Origin: Candidatus Omnitrophota bacterium
GTDB taxonomy: Bacteria > Omnitrophota > Gorgyraeia > Gorgyraeales > Gorgyraeaceae
NCBI GenBank assembly: GCA_042571405.1
Contig: JBHPHU010000005.1
Span: 1-61,706 of the forward strand
Direction: 5' to 3'
DNA: 61,706 bases
Shown: positions 19,256 to 29,050 of the stretch, in pieces
Layout: each line of letters starts with the position of its first letter
Numbering within the stretch: the first letter of the stretch is position 1
Notes under the pieces: model-generated
Database searches by the model: none
Told to the model about the DNA's origin: nothing
The model's input: the letters and a program-made list of their open reading frames with translations, nothing else
Made by a program: the position numbers and the translations under genes

Positions 19256-20429
19256 AAGCGTTTTAATAATAGTAGAGAATCTATCCGTACCTTTTGACAG
19301 GCGCGTGTGGCTGGAAGCAAGGGCGTTAAAAGAGGACGGGCATGGCGTCAGTGTTATTTGCCCCAGGGCCAAAGAAGATAAAGGCTTTGAAATACTCGAA
19401 GGCATAAATATATACAGGTATAAGCCTGCCCCGGATACAAAGGGATTTTTAAGCTACGTGTTCGAATTTTCGTATTGTTTTGCCATGACATTTTTATTGA
19501 GCGCATGGATAGCCGTCAGGCATGGCTTTGACATAATCCACGCGTGCAATCCGCCGGATACATTTTTTGTAATAGGACTGTTTTATAAGTTATTTGGAAA
19601 GAAGTTCTATTTTGACCAGCATGATCTTTGCCCTGAGGTATATCTTGCGAAATACGGCATAAATAAAAAGGATTTTCTTTATAAGGCCCTTCTTATGCTG
19701 GAATTCCTGACGTATAAAACAGCGGATAAGGTCATTGTTACGAATAATTCTTACAGGCAGCTAGCTATAGCGAGGGGAAAGCTGAATCCTGAAAAGGTAG
19801 TCGTGGTCAGGACATCTCCTGAATTAGAAAGATTTAAAAAGACTCCTTCTGACGCGGCGCTTCGCCGCGGAAAAAAATTTCTTGTTTCTTATCTTGGCGT
19901 CATGGCCCCCCAGGATGGCGTGGATTATCTTTTGGTCGCTATACACATCATTGTAAATAAGTATAAACGCGACGATATAATGTTTACTTTAATAGGGAGC
20001 GGAGATTCTATCAAGGATTTAAAGAATCTGAAAGAGGAGTTAGAGCTTGATAACGCTGTTTTGTTTACCGGCAGGATCCCCGACGAAGAACTTTTTAAGT
20101 ATTTGTCTACTTCTGATGTATGTGTCGCGCCGGATCCAAAAAGCCCTTTAAATGATAAATCTACCATGAATAAGATCCTGGAATATATGGCAATGGAAAG
20201 GCCAATAGTTTCTTTTGATTTAAAGGAATCCAGGTATTCAGCCGGTGATGCCGCGTTATATGCCAGGCCGAATAATATTGAAGAGTTTGCCAAAAATATT
20301 ATCGAACTGGTAGATGATGCGCGGCGCAGAGAGAAGATGGGAAGGGCCGGTTATGAGCGTCTCAAGGGTGAACTTTCATGGGAATATAACAAGAAAAGGT
20401 TAATAGATGCGTATAGAGGATCTATCTAA
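19245..20429 (+). CDS. Glycosyltransferase family 4
   Basis: ENLSVPFDRRVW, HACNPPD, DQHDLCPE and STMNKILEYMA motifs. Confidence 0.9.
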   Translation: MASKSVLIIVENLSVPFDRRVWLEARALKEDGHGVSVICPRAKEDKGFEILEGINIYRYKPAPDTKGFLSYVFEFSYCFAMTFLLSAWIAVRHGFDIIHACNPPDTFFVIGLFYKLFGKKFYFDQHDLCPEVYLAKYGINKKDFLYKALLMLEFLTYKTADKVIVTNNSYRQLAIARGKLNPEKVVVVRTSPELERFKKTPSDAALRRGKKFLVSYLGVMAPQDGVDYLLVAIHIIVNKYKRDDIMFTLIGSGDSIKDLKNLKEELELDNAVLFTGRIPDEELFKYLSTSDVCVAPDPKSPLNDKSTMNKILEYMAMERPIVSFDLKESRYSAGDAALYARPNNIEEFAKNIIELVDDARRREKMGRAGYERLKGELSWEYNKKRLIDAYRGSI

Positions 20430-22491
20430 GAAAATAATAGCAGGCGCGCTTTTGGCATCGTTCGCGTTTTTTCCTGTGGACCTGTTCAAGGGAAAAGAAG
20501 AGGATTGGTTCCCTTTCCATATCCCATGGAATTACTGCGAAGACTCCAGGCTGGATTTTAGTTTCCTGCTGGACTCGCCCGCAGGGAAACATGGTTTTTT
20601 AACGGTAAAGGACGGACATTTTTATTTCGAAGACGGGAAAAGGGCGAGATTCTGGGGGGTAAATATACATTCTGACACGGCGTGTTTTCCTACGCGTAAA
20701 CAGGCGGAGGATGTCTCAAAGAGGCTTGCCCAGCTGGGCTGTAACATAGTGAGGATGCATTTTCTCGACAATGAAGAGCCGCATGGGGTAATAGAATCGC
20801 ATCGCAATGACTCGCAGCATCTTTCAGGGTCGCAGATGGATAGGCTGGATTATTTCATTTATCAATTGAAGCGGAACGGCATATATGTATGTTTTGACGT
20901 ATTGGGTCTAGGGGTCAGGGCATTCAAGAAAGATGACATGCTGCCTGAATTAAAAGGTATGCCTAGGGGCGCGAGAGGGATCTCGTTTTTCAATAAACGC
21001 ATTATAGAATTGAGCAAACAATTTGCGTTTGATTTTTTGAGCCATGTAAATCCGTACACAGGAGTTAATTATCTGGACGATCCGGCAATTGCCTTTGTAG
21101 AGATGACCAATGAGAATTCTCTCTTTTTTAAAAGCTGCAGGGATTTTCCGGCTTACTACGAGAATGAGATAGAGGGTTTATGGAAAAAATGGCTTGCTGG
21201 TAAGGACAGGGACGGAGACAGCAAAGTGGGCTATTGGGGCGATGACAGGGAATTTTTATATGAACTTACGGATCAATATCAGAGGGATATGCATGAGTAT
21301 CTTCGCTCCATAGGTGTGAAGGTCCCAATAGGGGCTTCGAATTTACCATACGACAATCTGATGCTACTGGCGGATACTCGCATGGATTTTTCCGATATTC
21401 ACGTGTACTGGGATCTATGTGATTCCATGGATAAGATACACAACAGGTCCCTTGTGAAACAGAGCCATACAAATCCCAGGACAATAGTCAATACAATAGG
21501 CATAGCAAAGGTCGCTAAAAAACCCCTGGTATCTACTGAATGGGGAAGTAATTGGCCCAATGAATGGAGATCGGTCGATATGCTGAGCACAGCGTCTTAT
21601 GCGGCTTTGAACGATTGGGACGCATTGTTTTTATATTCCTATAATGGCGGTTATGTCTCTAACTGGGATAATCTTGAAAACAGGCTTTATTTTGGCACGG
21701 TAGTGTTTAATGATCCGGCAAAGATGGGGCTTTTTTCATTGACCGCGCTTATGTTCTTAAGGAACGACATACAAAAATCGTCAAAGGTGTATACGGTGCG
21801 TTATCCCGTAGAGCTGCTATTTAAGATGGATGATGAGTGGGCCGATAGATCAAGATTGGCAGGCGCGGCGTATACAGCCAGAGTTGAAAAAATATTTTAC
21901 AAAAATAATGAAGGCGGCCCAGAGGCTGAAGTCGACTATCCCGATTTTAAGGAGTTGTCGAGCAAGGACGGGAAGGTAGTTTCCGACACGGGCCAGATTA
22001 TCAGGGATTTCAAAAAAGGCGTTTTTATGCTAAAAGCTCCGAGGGTATTTTCTTTTTCAGGATTTTTGTCAGGGGAGCGAGATGAGGGGTTTCAGGGCGT
22101 AAGATTTTCTACAGATGAGGATTTCGCAACTTTTACGGTTATTTCCATGGATGATAAAGATATATCTGTATCCAAGCGGCTTTTACTGGCTGTAGTCGGA
22201 CGCGCTCAAAACAAAGACCAGAAACTCGCTCCGCATATCACTAAACGTCCGGACGATCTTCGCAGGGACGTATATATATTAAATAAGGGGAAAAAGCCGA
22301 TAATAATAGAAGATATAGCAGGGAATATTTTTATGGAAAAGACCAGGAAAGATAAAGGATTAATGGTGTTTTCTCTGGATGAGAAGGGGCGCAGGAAAGA
22401 AGCTGTTCCTGTCAAGATTGAGCGCGGCGGCTATAGCTTTGATATCTCTGGCGCTTACCAGACTATTTATTATGAAATCATAAGGATGTAA
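20407..22491 (+). CDS. Putative glycoside hydrolase (GH-A clan-like TIM barrel), probably exported
   Basis: PAGKHGF, RFWGVN, G.NIVRMH, HVNPYTG...DPAIA..E.TNEN and PLVSTEW motifs. Confidence 0.65.
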   Translation: MRIEDLSKKIIAGALLASFAFFPVDLFKGKEEDWFPFHIPWNYCEDSRLDFSFLLDSPAGKHGFLTVKDGHFYFEDGKRARFWGVNIHSDTACFPTRKQAEDVSKRLAQLGCNIVRMHFLDNEEPHGVIESHRNDSQHLSGSQMDRLDYFIYQLKRNGIYVCFDVLGLGVRAFKKDDMLPELKGMPRGARGISFFNKRIIELSKQFAFDFLSHVNPYTGVNYLDDPAIAFVEMTNENSLFFKSCRDFPAYYENEIEGLWKKWLAGKDRDGDSKVGYWGDDREFLYELTDQYQRDMHEYLRSIGVKVPIGASNLPYDNLMLLADTRMDFSDIHVYWDLCDSMDKIHNRSLVKQSHTNPRTIVNTIGIAKVAKKPLVSTEWGSNWPNEWRSVDMLSTASYAALNDWDALFLYSYNGGYVSNWDNLENRLYFGTVVFNDPAKMGLFSLTALMFLRNDIQKSSKVYTVRYPVELLFKMDDEWADRSRLAGAAYTARVEKIFYKNNEGGPEAEVDYPDFKELSSKDGKVVSDTGQIIRDFKKGVFMLKAPRVFSFSGFLSGERDEGFQGVRFSTDEDFATFTVISMDDKDISVSKRLLLAVVGRAQNKDQKLAPHITKRPDDLRRDVYILNKGKKPIIIEDIAGNIFMEKTRKDKGLMVFSLDEKGRRKEAVPVKIERGGYSFDISGAYQTIYYEIIRM

Positions 22492-22493
22492 CT

Positions 22494-23906
22494 ATGTTAA
22501 GGGAGAAGGATCAACTTTTTAGAAGATTATTAATGCTGTCAGATGCGGCCATGATCTGTGTCTCATTTTTTGTCGCTTATGTATTTAGACAGAATATAGA
22601 GATACTGGGGCAACTCTATTCTCTGTCTAAATATTTTAACATATTGGCCCTGGTCTTGTTTTCATGGATAATCGCATTGCGTTACACAGGTCTTTATGAA
22701 TCGTTAAGGAGAGAGAATCTATTCGGGATAACGCGCCGTATAATAAAAAGCGCTTTTTTTGTCATGGTAGTATCTATAGGCGCGATATTTATATTTAAGA
22801 TGGAATTCATAAGCAGGACCTTTATATTGGCCCTGCTTTTTGTGACGAGTTTATTTTTGGTATTCGAGAGATGGTTCGTGGCATCCTGCTTGAGAACTTT
22901 CAGGAAGAAAGGTTATAACTTTAGAAATATTTTGGTAGTGGGCACAGGGCCCAGGGCGGAGAATTTTATAGGACTTGTTCACAAGCATGATGAATGGGGC
23001 CTTAGGATTATCGGCATAATAGACGCTGAAAAAAAGATGCTGGGAAAGACTATAGCCGGGGAAAAGGTGATAGGGCTTCTAAAGGATATACCAAAGATAC
23101 TTATTGAGAACGTAGTGGATGAGGCAATGTTTATAATACCCAGGAAGTGGATACCTTTTATAGAAGAGAGTCTTTTGGCCTGCGAGGTGCAGGGCGTTAA
23201 GACAAATCTTGCCGCTGATTTTTTTAATATGAAGATATCGAGCTGGAGCTCCGGAGAGGTCGGAGGCGTGCCTACTCTGGGGTTTAACACAACAGTTGGC
23301 GAAGAATGGCAATTGTTAGTTAAGAGGTTATCTGATATACTATTATCGTTAGCAGGCATAGTGATTACCCTGCCTATTTTGATAGGAACGGGCATCGCTA
23401 TAAAGATTCTTTCGCGGGGCCCCGCGATATTTAAACAAACAAGAAGCGGCCTCAATGGCAGGCGGTTTGTGATGTATAAATTCAGGACCATGGTGGAAGG
23501 CGCGGAGAATGGGTTAGACAAACTTCGCACCCATAATGAAATGGACGGGCCTGTATTTAAGATGAACAGGGATCCGAGGGTTACTGGATTCGGAAAGTTT
23601 TTACGCAGGAGCAGTATAGATGAATTGCCGCAGCTTTTTAATGTGCTGAAGGGCGAGATGTCTATAGTAGGGCCGAGACCGCCTATACCATCAGAAGTGG
23701 AGAATTACCAGATTTGGCAGAGGAGACGTCTTAGCATGAAGCCAGGGCTTACTTGCTTATGGCAGATAAATGGACGCAATAATGTAGACTTTGAGGAATG
23801 GATGAAGCTGGATTTAAAATATATAGATAATTGGTCATTGGCGTTGGATCTAAAGATTTTGTTAAAAACAGTACCCGCTGTCCTGTTTTCAATAGGCGCG
23901 AGGTAA
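22494..23906 (+). CDS. Polyprenyl-phosphate sugar phosphotransferase (priming GT, WcaJ/CpsE-like)
   Basis: Four N-terminal TMs, a CoA-binding-like domain, and KFRTM, DPRVT, DELPQL, GPRP and PGLT motifs. Confidence 0.92.
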   Translation: MLREKDQLFRRLLMLSDAAMICVSFFVAYVFRQNIEILGQLYSLSKYFNILALVLFSWIIALRYTGLYESLRRENLFGITRRIIKSAFFVMVVSIGAIFIFKMEFISRTFILALLFVTSLFLVFERWFVASCLRTFRKKGYNFRNILVVGTGPRAENFIGLVHKHDEWGLRIIGIIDAEKKMLGKTIAGEKVIGLLKDIPKILIENVVDEAMFIIPRKWIPFIEESLLACEVQGVKTNLAADFFNMKISSWSSGEVGGVPTLGFNTTVGEEWQLLVKRLSDILLSLAGIVITLPILIGTGIAIKILSRGPAIFKQTRSGLNGRRFVMYKFRTMVEGAENGLDKLRTHNEMDGPVFKMNRDPRVTGFGKFLRRSSIDELPQLFNVLKGEMSIVGPRPPIPSEVENYQIWQRRRLSMKPGLTCLWQINGRNNVDFEEWMKLDLKYIDNWSLALDLKILLKTVPAVLFSIGAR

Positions 23907-23917
23907 CGGAGGTCTGT

Positions 23918-24481
23918 ATGGGAAGGATATTTTCAATAGTTTTGGTTCTTTGTTTTATCTTATCAGGTTGTTCAAGCCTTCTTAGCGAAGGGGATAAGCG
24001 TGTAGTCGCGCAGGTAGATAAATACAAGATGAACGTAGAGGATCTGAAATATGAATTAGAAAACATCCCTCATGATGAAACGGAGTGGCTAAATACAAAA
24101 AAAGGCAGGATGGAATATATAGACAGATTGCTGGAAAAAGAGATGCTTCTCCAGGAGGCGCAGCGCCAGGGCCTGGACAGGAAAAAGGATTTTATGAAGA
24201 GCATTGAGAGTCATTGGGAGCAGGCGCTTTTAAGGCTTTTGCTTGAGAAAAAGAGCAAGGAGATCTCAAGCCTGATCCATGTCTATGATAATGAGATAGA
24301 GGAATATTACAGGGAAAGCGGCGAGGATTTGCCTCTTTCAAAGGTTCGAGGTGATATAAAAAGGGCTATTAGGCAAGGAAAAGAAACAGAGGCAATGATG
24401 ATATGGATAAAGAAATTGAGAGGAAAAACATATATAAAGATAAACGATAAACTTCTGGAAGAGGTGTTATCCAGCAGATAA
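23918..24481 (+). CDS. Lipoprotein with a SurA N-terminal-like chaperone domain and no PPIase domain
   Basis: GGAGG RBS, lipobox LSGC, VVAQVD, LLQEAQRQGLD and YDNEIEEYY. Confidence 0.7.
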   Translation: MGRIFSIVLVLCFILSGCSSLLSEGDKRVVAQVDKYKMNVEDLKYELENIPHDETEWLNTKKGRMEYIDRLLEKEMLLQEAQRQGLDRKKDFMKSIESHWEQALLRLLLEKKSKEISSLIHVYDNEIEEYYRESGEDLPLSKVRGDIKRAIRQGKETEAMMIWIKKLRGKTYIKINDKLLEEVLSSR

Positions 24482-24493
24482 AAGGAGGGTGTC

Positions 24494-25093
24494 ATGGCGA
24501 AATATAAGCGCAGGCATTATTTTATAAACAAGGGCTTTCAGTCAGAGTTTATATTGAAATTTTGTATATTGGTAGCAGTCGGGTGCGTGCTATTTGGGGT
24601 AATTTTATACGCATTTTCCAGTCATACGCTTACTACGTCTTTCGAAAATTCAAGGCTGGTAGTAAAGAGCACAGCTGATTATATACTGCCTGGTTTGCTA
24701 TTTGGAGGGCTTATAGTGGGCTTACTCTTGGCAATAGCGGCAAGTATCGTAGTACTTTTCATGACACATCGGCTGGCAGGACCCATGTACAGGTTTGAAA
24801 AATATGCTCAGAAGATCGGGAATGGCGAACTAGCGCCTGATTTGAGGATAAGGGAGAAAGACCAGTTTCAGAGCCTTGTCAGCGCTTTTAACAATATGAC
24901 CCAGGGCCTTAGTGTCGGGCTTTTAAAGGTGGTCGGTGTTTCAGAAAAACTGGACAATTTGATCGAAGAACTTACAGACAGCTCAAACAAGGAGCTATTG
25001 TTGAAAGAGGACATAAAGAAGATAGTTTCTGAATTAAAGAAGGATAAAAAGGATCTCAATAAAGCGCTTTCGTATTTCAAGATAAGTCATTAA
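24494..25093 (+). CDS. Two-TM HAMP-domain membrane protein
   Basis: RRHYFI...FQ N-terminus, two TMs, THRLAGP...IREKDQF...FNNM HAMP and a coiled coil. Confidence 0.75.
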   Translation: MAKYKRRHYFINKGFQSEFILKFCILVAVGCVLFGVILYAFSSHTLTTSFENSRLVVKSTADYILPGLLFGGLIVGLLLAIAASIVVLFMTHRLAGPMYRFEKYAQKIGNGELAPDLRIREKDQFQSLVSAFNNMTQGLSVGLLKVVGVSEKLDNLIEELTDSSNKELLLKEDIKKIVSELKKDKKDLNKALSYFKISH

Positions 25094-25110
25094 TTTACCC
25101 AAGGGCTGAT

Positions 25111-25671
25111 ATGAAAATTAAAATAGGTATTATTTTAATTATCGCATGTTTCGCGCTTAATGCCGCGGATTTTGCTTATTCGCAAGAGAAGGAATGGAAT
25201 ATATTTTCGACTAGATTTTGCGATGTATTCTATGAAAAGGATGTAAATTTAAAATTAGTGAACAGGCGTATTAATCTCAGGTTTTCTGATTTTTACAACC
25301 CCCGCAGTTACAGGGAAAAAGCAGATCTATCAATGGAGGAGGTCCTGTCTGACAAATTTGATGCCGTGTTTATGAAAGTAGAAGAAATACTAGATATGTT
25401 TCCTTCCAAGGTACACGTAGCTATCCATATTTACAAGACAAAACATGGCTTGAATGAGGCATACGAAGGCATATTTGGTCAATCAAATACAGCAGAGTCG
25501 TTTTATGTTTACAAGACCAACACCATTTACACCACAGAACGCGCAATAAGGGAAGGCCTTCTCGCCCACGAGATGGCCCATTGCATAGTAGACCACTACT
25601 TTGTAATTTTACCGCCTAGAAAAGTCCAGGAAATGCTCGCGGTTTACGCAGACATTCATCTAAAAGATTAG
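25111..25671 (+). CDS. Exported protein with HEXXH (zincin-like) motif
   Basis: Signal peptide ending AYS; LAHEMAH followed by QEMLA. Confidence 0.65.
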   Translation: MKIKIGIILIIACFALNAADFAYSQEKEWNIFSTRFCDVFYEKDVNLKLVNRRINLRFSDFYNPRSYREKADLSMEEVLSDKFDAVFMKVEEILDMFPSKVHVAIHIYKTKHGLNEAYEGIFGQSNTAESFYVYKTNTIYTTERAIREGLLAHEMAHCIVDHYFVILPPRKVQEMLAVYADIHLKD

Positions 25672-25682
25672 TAAGATTTTAC

Positions 25683-25711
25683 TTGCAAAAACACCGGATA
25701 TATGTTATACT
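25683..25711 (+). promoter_or_regulatory. Sigma70-type promoter
   Basis: TTGCAA-17 bp-TATACT with an extended -10 TGn. Confidence 0.6.
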
Positions 25712-25785
25712 TATATAAGCATTTAAAAAGTATTAAGGTTTCCTTTTGGCAGTGTCAGAAGTGTAATCTTAATCAGGGGGGATAT

Positions 25786-27222
25786 ATGAGAAAGATAGTA
25801 TCTATAATAATAGTATTTAGCATGCTAACGATTGCCTCTGCGATGGCTAAACAAGATGCAGATGTGTGCCGGGTTAGATGCAGGGTTGATGAGGGAGTTA
25901 TATGCCTTGAGAGAGACCCTTGCGCGCCTGATAATGAGTATTTATTGGAGGCTGCAAAGAATTGCAGGGAGGAAGCTATTGCTAAGTATATGCCTATTAC
26001 GAAGTTGTTATTCGTGGACATCCTGTCACAGGTCATACGGCTGGACAAGGAATTTGCCCAGAATGTAGACAGGCTGAGCGATGAAGAGAGGTATATCTTA
26101 AAGGCAGAGCTCTTGAAGAATAAAGGCATAGATATATTTGCCGGTACCAAACCTTTGTCTCCTCTTACAAGAGAAGAGATGGCCCTGGTATTAAAGAATA
26201 TAACCGTAGAAAAATATTTGGGGCTTTCAAGCGGCCTGCCAAACCAGATGTTTGATCTAAAGAACGATGAGTTTATCGTGTATGACGTTGAAGTATATGT
26301 GGACGAAGGAAAAGGTTTTGAGCTATGGGAAAGAAAAAAGACGTTTGAGAAAAGTGAATCCAATGCAAAACAATATGTCGCAAAGCTTGATTCCTGTGAT
26401 GACGCAATGGCGGCATTCGGCGATAATGAAAAAGGTAAGATCCCTGAAGCAGGTTCGAGAATAAAAGTAGTGTATAAGTTCTTTGGCAGGGATGACGAGA
26501 TGGTGACAGAGTGCGAGGTAGCAATGCTTATGTCTGATCCGGATGTGGCAAGGGCATTAAAAGATAAATACAATCCTTCAAGGATGCTTACAAAAGCAAA
26601 TTTTGTAGACCTTCTTATAAAGATAAGGCATATAGAGAACAATCTGCCAAGGAATTATGTCGTACTTACGGAAAACGAGATATATAGACTTCAGACTGAG
26701 ACACTCAAGAAGTATGGCATTGATATATTTGTGGGCACTGACCCGAGTGAGTTATTGACTCGCGAGGAGCTGGCCAGGGTCTTGTACGATTCTCCTGTGC
26801 AAGAGATTGTCGGTATAAGTAATGGCAGTCAGGGCCAGAGTTTTGAGCTCAAGAATGCCGGTTTTGTCATATATGATTTACATGCTTATGTAGATGAAGG
26901 ATCCGGGTATGAAGAGTGGTACAAGAAAGAGACTTTTTTAGAGAGCGCTTTGCTGGACAAGGATTATGTAGTCAAGCTCGACTCAGGAAATTACGCGAGC
27001 GTTTATTTCGGAGACAATAAAAAAGGCAAGATCCCGACAGCAAGTTCTCCTATAAAGGTGACTTATAGGCTCTATGCCCCTGTCGCAATGGTTACAGAAG
27101 ATGATATTATCTGCGTGTTGGGCAGGATAGTGCCTGTAGCCGAGACATATATTCCACCTATGCCTCCACCTGAATTTCCGCCGCCTACCGACGGATATGA
27201 TGATCCTGCTTCGCACTTATGA
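25786..27222 (+). CDS. Exported protein with two 197-aa repeats (SLH-like plus baseplate-like module) and a Pro-rich tail
   Basis: Signal peptide from ATG 25786 (GGGGG RBS); repeat period 591 bp (FGDN codons at 26416 and 27007). Confidence 0.75.
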   Translation: MRKIVSIIIVFSMLTIASAMAKQDADVCRVRCRVDEGVICLERDPCAPDNEYLLEAAKNCREEAIAKYMPITKLLFVDILSQVIRLDKEFAQNVDRLSDEERYILKAELLKNKGIDIFAGTKPLSPLTREEMALVLKNITVEKYLGLSSGLPNQMFDLKNDEFIVYDVEVYVDEGKGFELWERKKTFEKSESNAKQYVAKLDSCDDAMAAFGDNEKGKIPEAGSRIKVVYKFFGRDDEMVTECEVAMLMSDPDVARALKDKYNPSRMLTKANFVDLLIKIRHIENNLPRNYVVLTENEIYRLQTETLKKYGIDIFVGTDPSELLTREELARVLYDSPVQEIVGISNGSQGQSFELKNAGFVIYDLHAYVDEGSGYEEWYKKETFLESALLDKDYVVKLDSGNYASVYFGDNKKGKIPTASSPIKVTYRLYAPVAMVTEDDIICVLGRIVPVAETYIPPMPPPEFPPPTDGYDDPASHL

Positions 27223-28184
27223 AGAGAGCGTGGTTGATTCAGAATATTTGCATATCCTTTTTGAGCTTGGCGATCTTTTTTTCGCTGGGTGAGATTATCA
27301 CAAGGAAGGTCGTTGGTTCCCCGTTATTGACAAAGCCGGATAATATTTTGTTCTGGAGATACAAAAAGGGCCAGACCGGCTGCCAGAAACTGTATTCACC
27401 TATTTCAAAAGTCGACAGTAATGGTTTTCGTTGTTCAGGCATGGAATATGACCCTGCTTTACCGTCAATCTATGTAGGAGGGGATTCCTATGCCTGGGGA
27501 GAAGGCGTTCTGGATACGGAGACGTTTGCGGCCAGCCTGCAGGGTTTACTGGATGCGCGCGGCATGCACTATAATGTACTTAACGGAGGTGTACCCGGCT
27601 ATGGCATCGAACAGATTATTCGCAGGATGGAAATAGAGAGCGAACAATATAATTGTAAATATGCTATATTTCTATGGGTAGAAGAAGACATAAACAGGTT
27701 GAGGGATGTTTCTCCTGAAAGAAAGAAAAGATTTCTCAGGGATTACAGGCTACGTTCGATGTTTCGTTACTCCGCTTTTTTAAAGATGATAAAAGAGCGA
27801 GTGTTCGATAAGTTCCTGCAGAAAGATATAGGCTTTGGTTATTATGGTGATGAAAATCTGGAATACGCAAAGACTCATTCATTTGATGAAAAGATCAAAA
27901 GTTTGACCCCTGAAATAATTAATAATGTCCGTTTTCTTAATGATAGAGGGGTAGTTCCGATCTGGGCGTTTATGACCGTGCCTTCCGGAGAATTTAAAAA
28001 CTATCTTAGCTCACTGGCTGATAGTCTTTCTGTGGAGCTGATCGATCCTGAGATGGTCTACAGAAGTCATTTTCAAGGATTAAAGAACATGGCTACCGAA
28101 CACAGCGGACATTTTAAACCTGAAGTCTATAGATTGCTGGCCGGAGAGATTTTTGACAGGGTATTTCAGGGGAGCGACCAATGA
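27219..28184 (+). CDS. SGNH/GDSL hydrolase-fold protein, membrane anchored
   Basis: N-terminal TM; GDSYAWG, NGGVPGYG and C-terminal GH. Confidence 0.75.
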   Translation: MKRAWLIQNICISFLSLAIFFSLGEIITRKVVGSPLLTKPDNILFWRYKKGQTGCQKLYSPISKVDSNGFRCSGMEYDPALPSIYVGGDSYAWGEGVLDTETFAASLQGLLDARGMHYNVLNGGVPGYGIEQIIRRMEIESEQYNCKYAIFLWVEEDINRLRDVSPERKKRFLRDYRLRSMFRYSAFLKMIKERVFDKFLQKDIGFGYYGDENLEYAKTHSFDEKIKSLTPEIINNVRFLNDRGVVPIWAFMTVPSGEFKNYLSSLADSLSVELIDPEMVYRSHFQGLKNMATEHSGHFKPEVYRLLAGEIFDRVFQGSDQ

Positions 28185-29032
28185 CTTTTTGTGAAAGATA
28201 TTTTCTAGGCTTTGCGAAAAGATTTATTCTGAAACACGCGCTGTTGAAAAGGGCATGCCTTTTTTTCATAGTTCAAAAACCCATAACAAGGCTTCTAAAA
28301 CCCCCATTTACAAGAACCTCAAAGATAATTGCCATAGACATCACTTATGTTTGCAATTTAAAATGCAATAATTGCGTACGTTCCTGCAAGCAGGCCCCAA
28401 CCAGTCAGCGCATGAGCGTCGAACAAATAAAAAAGTTTATCAAAGAGAGCATTGAAAATAATAGCAGATGGGAACAAATACGGCTTATGGGAGGCGAGCC
28501 CACATTGCATCCTGATCTACTTAAGATCGCGCAGTTATTGTTGGAATATAAGAAAAAGCATTCTCCTGAGGCCGTGATAGAAGTTGTTACTAACGGCCAT
28601 GGCAAGACAGTAAATAATATCTTATCTAAACTCCCAAATGACATCCAGATCTCTAATTCAGCAAAAGATTCTCCTGTACAGGATAAATTCCTAGCTTTTA
28701 ATGTAGCCCCGCGGGACCTTAAGCATTATAGATTTGCTGATTATTCAGTGGGCTGCAGGGGCATGACCGTGAGTGGCATGGGCCTGACTCCATACGGTTA
28801 TTATTCCTGCGCAGTATCCGGCGGTATTGATAGGATTTTTGGTTTTAATATTGGAAGAAAAACATTGCCAGCGCCTGACGATTCTATGAAGGACCAGAGA
28901 GAGACGCTCTGCCAATATTGCGGGAGATTCAGAGGTATGGGCGGATGGGTGAAAGAAGAGGTCATGTCTCCTACCTGGAAAAATGCCTACGCCAAATATA
29001 AGTTGCAAAAACCAGCCTTATCTTTATACTAA
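28181..29032 (+). CDS. Radical SAM protein
   Basis: CNLKCNNC, GGEPTLHP, VTNG and C-terminal CQYC. Confidence 0.85.
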   Translation: MTFCERYFLGFAKRFILKHALLKRACLFFIVQKPITRLLKPPFTRTSKIIAIDITYVCNLKCNNCVRSCKQAPTSQRMSVEQIKKFIKESIENNSRWEQIRLMGGEPTLHPDLLKIAQLLLEYKKKHSPEAVIEVVTNGHGKTVNNILSKLPNDIQISNSAKDSPVQDKFLAFNVAPRDLKHYRFADYSVGCRGMTVSGMGLTPYGYYSCAVSGGIDRIFGFNIGRKTLPAPDDSMKDQRETLCQYCGRFRGMGGWVKEEVMSPTWKNAYAKYKLQKPALSLY

Positions 29033-29050
29033 TATAATAGAGGTTAAGTC

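Noticed and set aside
19853-19869. 7-bp GC hairpin CGCGGCG-CTT-CGCCGCG in a GT4 gene
   Set aside because: Short, single copy, and it encodes residues that look native to the family; could be chance.
25786-27222. Prophage tail or eCIS locus
   Set aside because: Only an isolated baseplate-like domain in a signal-peptide protein; no sheath, tube, spike or tape-measure genes.
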